Origin: Stegostoma tigrinum
Lineage: Eukaryota
Length of the DNA stretch: 64,000 bases
Reading direction: 5' to 3'
NCBI RefSeq assembly: GCF_030684315.1
Contig: NC_081369.1
Span: 2,966,689 to 3,030,688 of the forward strand
Both the position numbers and the translations under genes were made by a program. The notes beneath the pieces were generated by a model. That model did not search any database and was not told where the DNA came from. It saw only the letters and a list, made by a program, of their open reading frames with translations. Each line of letters begins with the position of its first letter. The stretch's first letter is position 1. Shown one piece after another: positions 1 through 12,161 of this stretch.

Positions 1-630
1 AGAGTTGTTAAGAAGGTGTATGATGTGTTAGCTTTCATTAATAGAGGAACTGAGTTCAAGAGCCATGGAGTTATGCTCCAGCTATACAAAAGCCTGGTTC
101 AACCACATCTGGAGTATTGTGTCCAGTTCTGGTCGCCTCATTACAGGAAAGATGTGGAAGCGTTGGGAAGGATGCAGAGGAGATTTGCCAGGATGCTGCC
201 TGGAGTGGAGAATAGGTTTTACGAGGAAAGGTTGAGAGAGTTAGGGCTTTTCTCTTGAGAACTACGGCGAATGAGAGGAGACCTGATAGAGTTATACAAA
301 ATGATCAGAGGTATTTATAGAGTAGACAGCCAGAGACGTTTTCCTGGGGTGAAGGTAGCTATTATGAGGGGACATAGATTTAAAGTGAGTGGAAGTAGAT
401 ATAGGGAAGACATCAGAGGTAAGTTCTTTACTCAGAGAGTGGTAGGGGAGTGGAATGTATTGCTGGAGAGGGTAGTCGAGTCGGCCTCATTAGGGGCATT
501 TAAGCAGCTATTAGATAGGATGATAGTGTAAGGTAGGAGTTGAGGTTAGATAGAACTTAGGTTTAGGGTAAACGTTTGGCACAACATTGTGGGCTGAAGG
601 GCCTGTACTGTGCTGCACTGTTCTTTGTTT
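1..630 (+). mobile_element. CR1-type LINE 3' fragment (ORF2 C-terminus and 3' UTR)
   Basis: ORFs 16..258 and 271..531 encode CR1 RT C-terminal motifs (LYKSLVQPHLEYCVQFWSP; RGDLIELYK; GHRFK; FFTQRVV), split by a stop; CR1-like 3' tail follows. Confidence 0.9.
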
Positions 631-634
631 TATT

Positions 635-1190
635 GATGAGGCCACTTTTAGATGACTGCATAAAATTGTGGTAGCCCTTCTGTTGAAAGGATTTTATTAG
701 ACGCGAGAAGGTGAATAAAAGATTTACTAGGATGTTGCCCAGACTGGATTATTTGTGCTTTCCGGGGAGGCTGGGGCTTTATAGCCTGGGGTATCAGAGG
801 CTGAGAATGACCTCATAGTGGATCGTAAAATCATGAGGGGCATGGACAGGGTGAATAGCTGAGGTTTTCTTCCTGGAGTGGGGGCGTTAGAAACTAGAGG
901 CCATAGGTTTATGGGGAGTGTAGAGTGATTTTAAAATGACCTGAGGATTAGCTTTTTTCATGCAGAGGGCAATGCGTGTATGAAAAGAGCTGTCAAAGAA
1001 AGTGTTGGAAGCGGGCACAATTACAACATTCAAAAAGGCATCTGGATGGGATGATATGAAGAGGAAAGTTTTAGACGGATATAGGCCAAATGCCAGCCAA
1101 TGGGACTCGGTGTTTTGGGACGCTTTGTTGGCAGTGAAGCCCAAAGCGTCTTTTTTCCATACTGAATGAATCTATGATCCTATAACTCTA
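635..1190 (+). mobile_element. Older, degraded CR1 LINE 3' fragment
   Basis: Nucleotide similarity to the preceding CR1 fragment (aaaagatttactaggatgttgcc, aaactagagggcatagg-like) and a ctatga-type tail. Confidence 0.75.
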
Positions 1191-1384
1191 TAAATTGATT
1201 TCTGTTTGTGTACTGCCCAGTGCCACCCCGTTCCTGACCTCAATGAAACTTTCGTCTATGTATGGCAAAAAGACCTCATCCCCAAAATAAAATTCTGGTA
1301 GCGATAGCCATCAACATTCAGGTGTCATTTTACCGACTGTTGCATCAAGGAACTTGAGCAAATCTAGGGAGAAGAGTAAGGGGG

Positions 1385-2052
1385 TTTCGGAGACCATCCA
1401 CGGACTTGATACAATAACAAGACACTGACCTGTTTAGAAAAACACAAATCCTTTATTACCAAGCAAGCAGCAAAAGCTGTGGTGAATCGCTGTGCTTAAC
1501 CCGGCACAGAGTGCAGAGTCTCGTAAGTAATTCTCCCCGACAACAGACGAAGACAGGATACAAAACAATTATTACATCAAGAATATAAAAGACCGCGATA
1601 TAGTATCGATCGTTCGTGAAGTGACTGATAATGGCAGGAGGCGACTTCAAGTTGTTAACGTGACAGATTGTAAATTCAAGTTGCCGATGTGTCTGGCTGG
1701 AACAAAGTCGGCGCCCTGGGCCCTTTGTCAGAGACAGAAGTCACATACTTCAGAAGTCTCATACCTTTACAAATGCTCCTCACTTCACCTTATTTGAGAC
1801 AGTTTCCACATACCCCCGTGCAGGAAGATAAAGATTTGCACAATTTAACTCTAATTCTATTCAAGCAGGAAGCTTAAGGCAGTGTCAGCATACCTATGTG
1901 TAGGAAGATAAGGAGTTACAAAGTTTTACACCTAATTTCTAGTTGGGCATGAAGTTTGAAGGCAGTGCCTGCATACCCATATGTAGGCAGATAAAGGGCA
2001 TTAATTTATAGAAGTATAGAAATCAATGTGATGTTATCCCAATAACATCTCA
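1385..2052 (-). repeat. 3' LTR of the ERV (lacks ~100 bp spanning the TATA box; outer end ragged)
   Basis: Direct repeat of 8692-9469; inner end ...catctCA at 2052; adjacent PPT at 2053-2064 (AAAAGGAGGGAA on -); AATAAA on - near 1452-1457; imperfect ~80-bp repeats in U3. Confidence 0.9.
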
Positions 2053-2080
2053 TTCCCTCCTTTTATCATTTCATGATAAC

Positions 2081-3480
2081 CTATATCGGGGTCGAGAAGG
2101 GAGCTGCCAGCCTGCCAAACACAAATCTACGGCAAGGATTCGGGCATGCCATAAATGTACAGCAGCCAGCTATGATAACTATTAGAATTAACCCATGCAG
2201 CAAGTATAAGCCGCAAGAACCGCTCATAAGCCATCCCAACAAGCACTCCCCAGGTCGGGGTCCGTCTCTGTGCTGTTCCAACTGCCCCTGTATGGCTTGA
2301 ATAACCTGGGTAATGTTATAGGACACGTTGGTGACATGGGTAATGCACTTATCCCCTATAATAGGTCATACTCCTCCTTGCTGAGCCAGCTGATAGTCCA
2401 CTGCTTACCGGGTTTGCTGAGCATAGGGCCGAAGTTCAGCTAATTCTTGGTTGACTGCCTTCCAGTGCCGTCATTGTGCTGTTTCCCAGTGCGGTGAGTC
2501 CACATACAAGGTAATTTCGATTTTTTGCGGCCACCACCCCCGAGGAGCTTCCCAAGCTGACAGTTCCCAGGAAGCCGTATTCTCAAGGAAGAGTTCAAGG
2601 CAGTTGGGTTCTGCCATGCATCGCAAAACTCTTGGCTCAGGAAGCGTGTGACAATTCGCCGTTGAATTCGTGCTTGTTCGGGTCAAAGGACGGTGAGGGG
2701 CCCAATGGTCCCAACAGCACCAGCAGCGTTGGCGTGGCAGTAGTGAAGGTCCCGTTAAAGAGGAAAACGAATCCCTTTTTAGCCCGGTAGCAGGTAACAG
2801 ACTCACGTATTTCTTGATAGCTATGCCCAAAGGACTGACCCTTATGTGGATGGAAGTTTGCGGAGTTAAACGGAAATGACCCATAGTCCGTTTTTACATG
2901 AGTGCCATTGCAATCCCCACAAGTCCACTGTATGCCCGGGGTCACAGTTACGGGCTTACATTCCAAGCAGGGTCAATTCAACAATCCTCCTCTAGTTGTG
3001 CAATTTCTCTTTACGCACTGATGGGGCCAGGAAACATTATGGGGATGATTAGTGACCAGAGCAGGCACACAACAAGTCCCAGTTCCATTAAAGCAAAACG
3101 GATAGCTGTTGGGATTTGTACAGTTAGCCCGTTCCTTCCCATGCCCAGGTCTAGTGTCCCCGCAACCAGAGAGACCACTAACTACCAATTCCACACACTT
3201 ACCCTGCACACCTTTCATCCAAGTCCCCCTCTCCCCTCTGCAAGGCTTACCGGAATACTCTACTTCATAAAGCTGACTCGGGTTCCAGGCAGGTGTTGCC
3301 ACAAATAACGCTCCTACAGATCTGCTAGCGGGTAACATACTGTCTGATTCCCTTGCAGCCGGATGTGTGTTCTATAAAACAGATTGTCCTACTGGCCACG
3401 CATGGGCAGAATAACACTCAGTCCAATGGTTAACTGCACGCTGATGTGGAAATCCATCGTTTGCAGTCACTTAGGTGGAT
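2081..3480 (-). pseudogene. env: ERV env remnant (gamma-type TM subunit)
   Basis: The - strand reads ...AVNQELAELRPYAQQTR*AVDYQLAQQGGV*PIIGDKCIT... (immunosuppressive-domain and CX6CC-like region with stops), then a hydrophobic anchor LYLLHGLILIVIIAGCC (ORF 2081..2326). Cys-rich SU fragments lie upstream. Confidence 0.85.
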
Positions 3481-3482
3481 CC

Positions 3483-5090
3483 AGCGATTCTGCCCTTTAA
3501 CTTTAAGAGCTGTCGGAGTTGAAGAAACACTTGATATGGTCCTTTCCACCTTGGTCTAAGCTTGGGACGATCTCAGTCCCGGACAAGTAAAAAAATCTCC
3601 AATCTGCGGCCACGAAGACCGTTTGCAGAGGCGGTCCAAAGGCGCACTTCACCTGTAAACAGAGAAACTTTAGAGATGATGTTAGTTGTCGGAAGTGCTT
3701 TTGCATTTCTTCTCCCGTCACATTTAGGTCAATTTGGATGGGTGGGCTAACATTGGCATCCCATGTTGTTCTGATGGGTCGGTCGTAGACTATTTCCGCT
3801 GCTGAGAGCCCAGTAGTAGAGTGGGGTGTTATTCGCATGTGATACAAGGCTAGTGGCAAAGCTTTTAGCCAATTAAGGCCGGTCTTAAATGCCAACTTGG
3901 TTAATTTAGTTTTAAGTGTACCGTTAGCTCTTTCCACTATCCCTGCCGCCCGGGGGTGGTAAGCACAGTGGAATTGCTGTTGGATGTGTAACGTATCACA
4001 CAGTTCCTCATTAATCTTCCCTACAAAGTGAGGGCCGTTGTCAGAATTAGTCTGTCGCGGCGCTCCAAACCTCGCTATTATTTCAGTTAATAATAGTTTT
4101 ATACTGCTCAGGCTTTGTTGTTTGTCATTGGGAACACCTCTATCTACCTACTGAATACATCTACAATGACAAGACAATATTTATGACAGTTTACGTGTCG
4201 TAATTCAATAAAATCTAACTGAATGCATTCAAACGGTCCACCTGGCAAGGGTGTTTTTCCTGGTGAGCATCTCACCCCCGACCCACATTGTTTTGCTGGC
4301 ATGTGAGACATGATGCTATACGAGACTGGGCTGCCTCAGTCAGTCTGGGGTGCCACCAGGTATAGAGCATAATACCACTCATTCCCTCCGTGCCAAGGTG
4401 GGTGTCAGAATGCAGACAGAGAGAAACATAGGCAACAAAGTATCAGGTCCACACACTTGGCCGACTGGGGTAACCCAAATGTCTGAGGACGCAGAATGCA
4501 AACATCCATGCGCCTTCCAAATATTCTTTTCAGGAGCAGGGGCATCCCCCTGTAAGTGCCGAACAGTGACTATATCTGGCATGCCCGTCTTGTCTGAAGG
4601 CGTGCGATTTACCGCCTGCTTGTTCATAGAAGGTATAATAAAAATTTGGTCTGCAGCAGCCTGGTTAGCAGCCAGATCAGCCCAAGCGTTGCCCCGAGTA
4701 ACTATAGAATCAACGGAGGCATGGGCAGCGCATTTGATAATAGTCAATTGTTTAGGGAGGGGCATTGCCTGGAGAAGGTTTTTAACAGACAGGGAATTGT
4801 GGATGGGCGTACCTGAGGAAGTTAAAAATCCACACTGCGTCCGGAGAACGGAATGGGGCATCAGTAAGGCCCGGGCGGGGAGAGGTTAGAAATTGGTTCC
4901 TTAAGAGGCAATCATGTGGGGGTTCGCTCAGAAATGTGACTGGGTTAATATTGGAGCAGGAAGAGATAAGGAATAAATCGCAGGGCGAATCTGGGAACAA
5001 GGGGGTAATCCTTGAGCTACAGTGTCCAGGCGAGTGGAGTAGTAGGCAACCGGTCGTTATAATTCAAGTTTAAAGGGCCTATTGTAAAGC
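3483..5090 (-). pseudogene. pol: ERV pol 3' half: connection, RNase H and integrase (frameshifted, internally deleted)
   Basis: RPVAYYSTRLDTVAQGLPPC (connection); NINPVTFL..HDC..RPGLTDAP; IIKCAAH..GNAWADLAA (RNase H); SDNGPHF and ERANGTLK..WLKALPLAL..RITPHSTTGLSAAEI (integrase). Confidence 0.9.
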
Positions 5091-6319
5091 TGTCAGCTTC
5101 AGTACGTGTGTGTGTAAGTGATGTAGTTGACTGCGACAGCTATGTTCTTGATATCTGAAGAATGGCAGCACATACGCAAGAGGACGAAACAGTAATGTGG
5201 TGTTGAAACCACAATGAGATCAGCCATGATCTTAGTGAATGGCAGAGTACATTTTCAAGGCTGAACAGCCTACTCGTGCTCTAAGTCCTATGTTCACTAT
5301 TAAGGAATAGCAGGGCGGGTACGGGGGGTGGTGTCAGTGAAGGCCTGCACACAATCACTGCCGTAACAGAGCTGTACGGTACACAGGAAAGTGATCAATT
5401 TAACAGCTGACAAATCAGACAAACACAGTAGAAATGCGACAGCACGTAGTGGGGGTTCAGGATTGGCTGGCTTTAATTCGTGGCTTCATTGTAGCCCTAG
5501 TGTATGCAGAAGCAGCAGACGAGAGTAGGATGACTGTCCACGTACAGGCAGTAAACAGTGAACACTGGGGTGGGGCAGGGGATTGGGTTCAGAATGAGAG
5601 CATTCGCTCCCTCACATTGTGGACTTAAGGGGGACACCAAGGGGCGTCGACTGACCCATGGCAGCTATGACTCTAGTGGTAGTGAGGCAGATCCACACAC
5701 GGGGTAGGATATCTTCAATGCCCACTCCACATGATGATTGCTATCAGTTAGGAGGAAGGGCAACAGGGTTAATACACAGGAGGAATCTCTGCTCTGGGTC
5801 ATGTCTCATTTGCACAGCGTCACAATATGCTATTTGCCAAACTGAACCAGGGAGGCAGTATGGGCACTAACATTGCCATGGTGTCCTGAACTTCGAGAGA
5901 GTGTGGCAGGAGGGGGAAGAAAACTCCAGTTGGTTTTTAAAAATTACCAAGCAAAAGTTGGATGTTTTGGATATGTGTGTACGTCACCATCAGTCAAAAG
6001 CTAGTCAAGAATTATAGTGTAAATTGACAAAATTATACATGCTAAACAAAGTAAACAAGTTTAACACACACATAAATCAGGAATTCTTGGAAAAAAAGAG
6101 AATTAAGGTTTCAGGTCCATCGACCCTTCGTCAAAACGGGAATGAATGAATAGATGATGGGCCCTAGGACCCAGCGGAGCCACAGCTGTGGGAGAAACCA
6201 CAACCGGCAGTTTCAAGAGGCATCAATTACCTGGGTAAGTGGTTGTGAATTTCAAAGCAATGGCGCCTGCCATTGATGGAAAGACGCTCTCTTGCCTTTA
6301 AGCAAGAGGGAGGGGGGGC

Positions 6320-6712
6320 GGATTTTCGCGGTGCTGGATATCTCGAATGGTTTCCGGTCTGTCCCGGTTCGGCAGGAGGACCAGTACAAATTCGCATTTA
6401 CTTGTAAAGGACAACAGTACACGTGGAGTTGTCTGCCACAGGGTTTCCATTATAGCCCCAGCATTCTCCACCAGTGTACAGCAGACTGTTTAAAAAATTT
6501 CACTGAGCCACACAGGCTTGTACAGTACGTGGACGACATCCTGTTGTTCACAGACAATAGTGAGGAACATGGCACCCTACTGAGTGAGTTGTTGCAACTC
6601 CTGTGCAAGAGCGAGTTGAAGGTGAACCCTAAGAAGGCACAGATAGGGTTGAGGGAGGTCAGGTTCCTAGGACTGACCCCGAGGGCTGGAGAGCGCTGCA
6701 TAGATGCAGCAC
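6320..6712 (+). pseudogene. Reverse transcriptase core fragment of a different retroelement, inverted relative to the host ERV
   Basis: ORF 6292..6813: FAVLDISNGFRSVP..QYKFAFTCKGQQYTWSCLPQGFHYSP..QYVDDILL..KVNPKKAQ..VRFLG. Confidence 0.88.
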
Positions 6713-6721
6713 AGGCTAAAG

Positions 6722-7950
6722 AGGGCTTGGGGGGTGTCTTGGTACATTTGAATAGTGCCCGGGATGTAATCTATCAAATCTTCTGTGTTAGTCTTTTGAT
6801 CAGGGGGCCTTGACATAATTAAACACATCTCTTGCGGCTCCCAAGGGGTATAGACCTACATTGTATTTTGACCCCCTTGTGTTGGGTTCGGGTGAGGGAC
6901 CGTGTGATTGGGGTGGCTATTCGAGGGTCTCTTTCAAACTCTGTACTCACATTCACTGTCCTCTGCCTGTGAGTCGGGACTATCATATTCTTTGCTACTT
7001 GTGGAGTCGCTAGGAAACCTTAAACAGGTGTTAGAGGGTCGAGTGAACTGCACCTGGGACTTATGTTTCCTCAGGCTTCTCATGGGTTTTAAAAGAATCC
7101 TGTCTTCCTTCCTTTTGTTCACTAATGGTCTGGCCTGTGTTCTGTTTCCTGATTGTTTAGTTTTAGACCTAGTACAACAAGAGATAGGGTCTGTAAAAGC
7201 CGGGGGTTTGTCAGGGGATTCATGTGGGCTGATTATTGAAGGGCTTGGAGATTCTACAGCAGGAGGTTTGGTTTGGTCAGCGTACGGTGGCGGTGATAGG
7301 GCTGCGGGCGATTACTGAGGCTGATGGCATTGTTGGGGTGCCTGCTGATGCAGGTTGGCTAAGGACGGGTAGGGTCGTGGAGGGGGTAGTGGTCCCGATG
7401 GGGCAGAGGGGTGCCTTCCCCAGTCCTCCTCGTCTTGTTCATCTGTGTCATTAATTTGGAGCAACATCGGCACGCCAGATATGTCAGGAGGTACCTCCGA
7501 TTTTTTGTTTTCTGTCAACGCGGCCTGCCGCTCTCGCCCCGTTCTTTGTCTCGTTGCTCTCTCTCCTGCCTTTCTTGTTTAACTCTTTCCCGTTCATTCA
7601 TCTCATGATCCTCCCACTGCAGTTTTAAAACTTCCCAAGTTTTAGGTTTCCCCTCATTATCACAGGCACTGATCCCTTTCCAACGTGCATTTTCCACCCA
7701 ACTGGCCAGTTTTGATTTTCCAGTCAGCTCCTCAGCTCTCTTTCTCCAGAATGACATTAACCCTTTCCGGTGCCTCCTGTTTTAGTACATAGATCTATAT
7801 CCCACGTTCTCTCGAATGGCCAATTCTCATGTCCCAATTTTTGTTTCAGCATGCCAACAGACGTCTGTATTGTACTTCATTTTCTGGGTCATCCCGGCAT
7901 AACCTATGTGAAGGGGTTCCAACACCCGACTTATCCAGCGCTTTCACTTT
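6722..7950 (-). pseudogene. gag: ERV gag 5' half (MA, Pro-rich region, start of CA), truncated
   Basis: Fragments KALDKSGVGTP, WPFERTWD (MA-like), charged EREQRDKER stretch, PLPPPRPYPSL, and VYTPWEPQE (CA N-terminus-like) just before the junction at ~6720. Confidence 0.7.
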
Positions 7951-8159
7951 TTACTTGTTTCTATATACCACAGCAGTGTCCTTAGTCTCAACACCCACTT
8001 CAGGGTCCTGACCTTCGCGTGGAGGATTTCCCCTCTTAACAACCGGTCTGAGGCAGGGTGGTTGAGACCGACAGACACTGTAACTATTCTATACCTAGGT
8101 CTGAACACATTATACCTTTCCAATCTTATACTAACCCCTCTCCCTTTTTCCAATTGCCC

Positions 8160-8470
8160 GACTCAGGGACTCAAACCCGGTCACCGGGGGTCTCTATCGT
8201 CCCGGATTTTATTTTTTTTTTCCCAGTTACTTGTCCCAGGGACTTTCGCCCCGGCCACCAGGAGAATCGAACCTCCCGGATTTTTTTCTTTGTTTTAGTT
8301 ACTTGTCTCAGGGACTCTAACCCCGGCCACAGGGGGCCTCTAACCTCCCGGATTTCCTTTCCCAGTTCCACCGGGTCACTCTGACCTCCCGGATTTCTTT
8401 ACCCAGTTCCACCGGGGGACTCTAACCTCCCGGATTTCTTTACTAACCTGGGGTCTCGAACCTCCAATCG
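8160..8470. repeat. Imperfect tandem repeats in the ERV leader
   Basis: Recurrent ctctaacctcccggatttc / cccggccac units of ~40-75 bp. Confidence 0.75.
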
Positions 8471-8671
8471 TTAGGATTTAGCAGTGTTCTAGACCTTGAG
8501 TTGTCTCGGGGTTCCGTCAGTGCAGAGCCACGCAGGGACGGGTCGCATGGGTGGCAGGTTAGTGAGATAGACCAATGTGAATCGTACCTTGTGGGCCGGT
8601 CCGTCTCACTCCACCGACACTCGAACGATCACTTATTCAGTCCTCCACGTGAGACTGCTGTACAGGTTGGA

Positions 8672-8689
8672 ACTCTGCTCGCAACACCA
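8672..8689 (-). promoter_or_regulatory. Primer-binding site, tRNA-Ser-like
   Basis: TGGTGTTGCGAGCAGAGT starts 2 nt inside the 5' LTR end; it resembles vertebrate tRNA-Ser 3' complements with a few mismatches. Confidence 0.7.
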
Positions 8690-8691
8690 AA

Positions 8692-9469
8692 TGTCAGGTT
8701 CGTTTTCGGAGACCCTCACGGACTTGATGCAATAACAAGACACTGACCCGTTTAGAAAAACACAAATCCTTTATTACCAAGCAAGTACAAGCTGTGGAGA
8801 ATCACTACTTAACCCGGCACAGAGTGCAGAGTCTCGTCAGTAATTCTCCCCGAGCAGCGGACAGTCTCCGCTTTTTATACTTTACTAAGTACATAATACA
8901 TAAAACAATTTCACATCTCACAATGACATGAGCTATTATCTAATGAAGCAATTATTACAACAGACAAAGACAGGATACAAGACAATTATTACATCAAGAA
9001 CATAAAAGACAACGATATAGTATCGATCGTTCGTGAAGTGACTACTAAAGGCAGGAGGCGATTTCAAGTTGTTAACGAGATAGAGTGTAATTTCAAGTTG
9101 CCGATGTGTCTGGCTGGAACAAAGTCAGTGCCCTGACCCCTTTGTCAGAGACAGAAGTTTCATACCTCAGAAGTCTCACATCTATACAAATGCTCCTCCC
9201 TTAACCTTATTTGAGACAGTTTCCATACACCCCCGTGCAGGAAGATAAAGATTTGCACAATTTAACTCTAATTCTATTCAGACAGGAAGCTTAAGGCAGT
9301 GTCTGCATGCCGATGTGGAGGGAGCTACGGAGTTACCATGTTTTACACCTAATTTCTAGTTGGGCAGGAAGTTTGAAGGGAATGTCTGGATACCTATATG
9401 TAGGCAGATAGAGGGCGTTAATTTATAGAAGTATAGAAATCAATGTGATGTTATCCCAATAACATCTCA
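8692..9469 (-). repeat. 5' LTR of the ERV
   Basis: TG...CA termini (8692/9469); TATAAAA on - at 8873-8879; AATAAA on - at 8770-8775; 14 mismatches to the 3' LTR in a hand-aligned 180-bp segment. Confidence 0.92.
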
Positions 9470-11477
9470 GGGGAACACTTCACAGGTTGCAGTTCTTCCC
9501 AGCAGAAAGGAGAATGGTTCAGGTTGTTAGAAGACAGTCATCTCAGCTTTCTGACATCTCTACAAGGCTTCCTCAAGTTAATGGAGATAGGTCAATTCTG
9601 AGGAAGCGTAACTGGACCTGAAACATTATCTCTGATTTCTCTCTGCAGGTGCTGCCAGACCTGCTCAGCTTTTCCAACAATTTCTGTTTTTGTTCCTCAA
9701 GTTAATGTTTCTGCATGACCTTCTTCGGCTGCTTCATCAATGGCCATCATCAAGTCAGAAGTCGGATATCAAATGATATTAGCACAATTTGCAATTCATC
9801 AGATCCTGAAGCCATTCATGTCCAAATGTTGCAACCCACCTGGGCTGACAATTGGTATTTGAGGTCATGCAGAAGCCAAGCAACACACATCAGTAACTAG
9901 AAAGAGGATAACCATTGCTCTTTGGCAGTCAATAGCATACTGTCGCTGAACCCACTACAGCCAAAATTCTGAGGCATTACCATTTACTGGAAAAACCAAA
10001 TACATGTGGCTGCAAACACATGTCAGAAGCTAAGAATCCTTCATCGAACAATTCAACTCCTTAAGTCCAAGTTCTGTCTACTATGAACAGATCTAAATCA
10101 AGTGTGTGATGGAATACTTCCCACGTGCCTGGATAAATGCAGATCCTAGAATAACAAAAAAGCGTGGCAACCTGGCGATATAAAGCAGACCACTTGTTTC
10201 ACAGCATGTACACAAATTTCCATTCCATCCACTACAAGTGTCGAGTGGCGGCAGTGTGTGCCATCTACAACATGCACTGCACAAATTCACCAAGATTCTT
10301 TGAACAACAGGTTCAAAACACAAGACTAGTTGGACCGAGAAGGACAAGGGCAGCAAGTGAAAGGATGCACCACCATCTTCAAGTTTCCTTCCAAGCCTCT
10401 TGCTATGATGAGATGGCAATATATCACGTACATTTAAATATAGCTGAGTCAAAATCGTGGAAGTCCCTCCACAACAATACTGTTAATAAAAAATGGACTC
10501 TTTGTGAAACCAGCTCAACACCACTTTCACAAGGATAACTAGAGAAACAAAAACAAGAAAATATTTGTAGAAAATAAACACTGGACTTGGTGGTAATCAG
10601 GGAGAGGGGATGTTCTAAGTCGATTTCAAAGAGACAGTGGCAACTGAAAAACACTAAGCTTTAGTTTGCTGCAAAGTTGACATAATTAGATAAAATGTTT
10701 ACAAATAAATACGTATTTTAAATCAGTGATGCTTGATATTCAATGACAACATAATTTCTTCTGTTATCAACTGCACTTGTCTGATTAGATTTTCTTTACA
10801 ATCCTATTATGCTGTGTTTTATTCATTGGCTTTTCTTCAAGCAGACAGATCAGAGCACTGATTTATTGTCATATGGTCACAGGATGTTAAAAGTGGACAG
10901 AGATGAGTAGATTTTTCTTTCTCTCAGAAGGGAGTGAGTCCGTGGAAGGCTTTATTGCAGAGTGCTAGACAGGTTGTGTCATTTCACATGTTCAAGGATT
11001 AGATAGACATTCTTTTTCAGCAGTGAAGGAATCAAGGGTTACGTGGAAAGGGCAGAAAACAGGTGTTGAGGATTATCAGATCAACGATTATCTCATTGTA
11101 CGGTAGAGCAGACTTGAGAGGCTGAATGGTATACTTGTACTCTTATTATGGCCCTATGATCACTCAGCCCAAAGTTACATTAAAATCTAGTCCTCAGAAA
11201 GAATTCACATTGCGTCAGTTGGGTTTCGGTGAGAAAACAAAGCTCAGGATTTTCAATTATTCCTCATTATTCATGGTCACTTCGTTTGTCTGATTTTATA
11301 TGCGTGATCTATGAGCTCTGATAAAATTATTACTACATGGACTATAATGTCGCACAATCGATGGCAATGCAAAGCCACGTTCCCTCCTACTGGGCATTGA
11401 CTGAAGGAAGGATTGTAATTATTGATTCGAGGAGATGGAGTCTGTAATGGTGATAAAATGATTTTACCTAAAGGGCA

Positions 11478-11790
11478 GGGGCGGCTCAGTGGCTCAGTGA
11501 TTAGCACTGCAGCCTAACAGCGCCAGGGACTCGCGTTCAATGCCAGCCTCGGGCAACTGTCTGTGCGGAGCTTGCACACTCTCCCCGTGTCTGCGTGGGT
11601 TTCCTCCGGGTGCTCCGGTTTCCTCCCACAGTCCAGTGCGGGCTAGGTGGATTGGTCATGCTAAATTGCCTATAGCGTTCAGGGGTGTGTGGGTTATAGG
11701 GGGTTGGCTTTGTGTGGGATAATCCTAAAGGACGGTGCGGACTTGTTGGGCCGAAGTGTCGGTTTCCACACTGTCGGAGTCTAATCTTTT
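11478..11790 (+). mobile_element. HE1-like tRNA-derived V-SINE
   Basis: Pol III A/B-box-like head (tggctcagtgattagc; gttcaatgcc), V-domain core gcgtgggtttcctccgggtgctccggtttcctccc, CR1-like tail. Confidence 0.88.
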
Positions 11791-11879
11791 AAAAAAAAGT
11801 TGCAACAGATCAAATTTGTTTTGCTGATGTTGTCGTGTAATGCACGGGAAGCAACTTGTTTTCTTTAAATTATTCACAG

Positions 11880-12161
11880 TGCCGCCAACCCCGGTGAATA
11901 TTGTTCGCCTGGCCTCTCATTCACTCGCACTCCTCTGTACAACTGTTGGTTTCTTCCCGGAAGATTTTAACCTCACTTGGTATAAAAATGACAGTGAGAT
12001 TACTACTGGAATAAACACTACGGGAAGACTAACGGAAGAGGGACTGTACGAAGTCTCCAGCTCCCTCAGCCCTGTGGAGACCTGGTCTATTTATACCTGC
12101 CAGGTTTCTCATGTTTCTCTTGCGGTGCCAGAAAACTACAGTTACATGGTTCTTCCTGAGG
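11880..12161 (+). CDS. Receptor A, Ig C1-set exon (SIRP-like IgSF receptor)
   Basis: ttattcacAG acceptor and GTAAGC donor; phase 1/1, 282 bp, open. Encodes LLCTTVGFFPEDFNLTWYKN...GLYEVSSSL...YTCQVSHVSL (canonical C1 motifs), with 4 N-glycosylation sequons. Confidence 0.92.

Larger units (their letters stand above)
1385..9469 (-). mobile_element. Defective endogenous retrovirus (gamma/epsilon-like gag-pol-env), inserted in an older CR1/L2-group LINE
   Basis: Two LTRs, PBS, PPT and gag, RNase H, integrase and env remnants in retroviral order on the - strand. The flanks (~1200-1384 and 9470-10540) rejoin into LINE sequence homologous to ~56330-57380. Possible GGGG TSD. Confidence 0.92.

Noticed and set aside
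8160-8470. Repeat array as CRISPR-like
   Set aside because: Eukaryotic ERV leader with degenerate tandem units, no unique spacers and no cas genes.
11478-11560. tRNA-like sequences at SINE heads (also ~31070-31140 and ~62960-63030)
   Set aside because: They are tRNA-derived SINE promoters joined to V-SINE cores, not tRNA genes.
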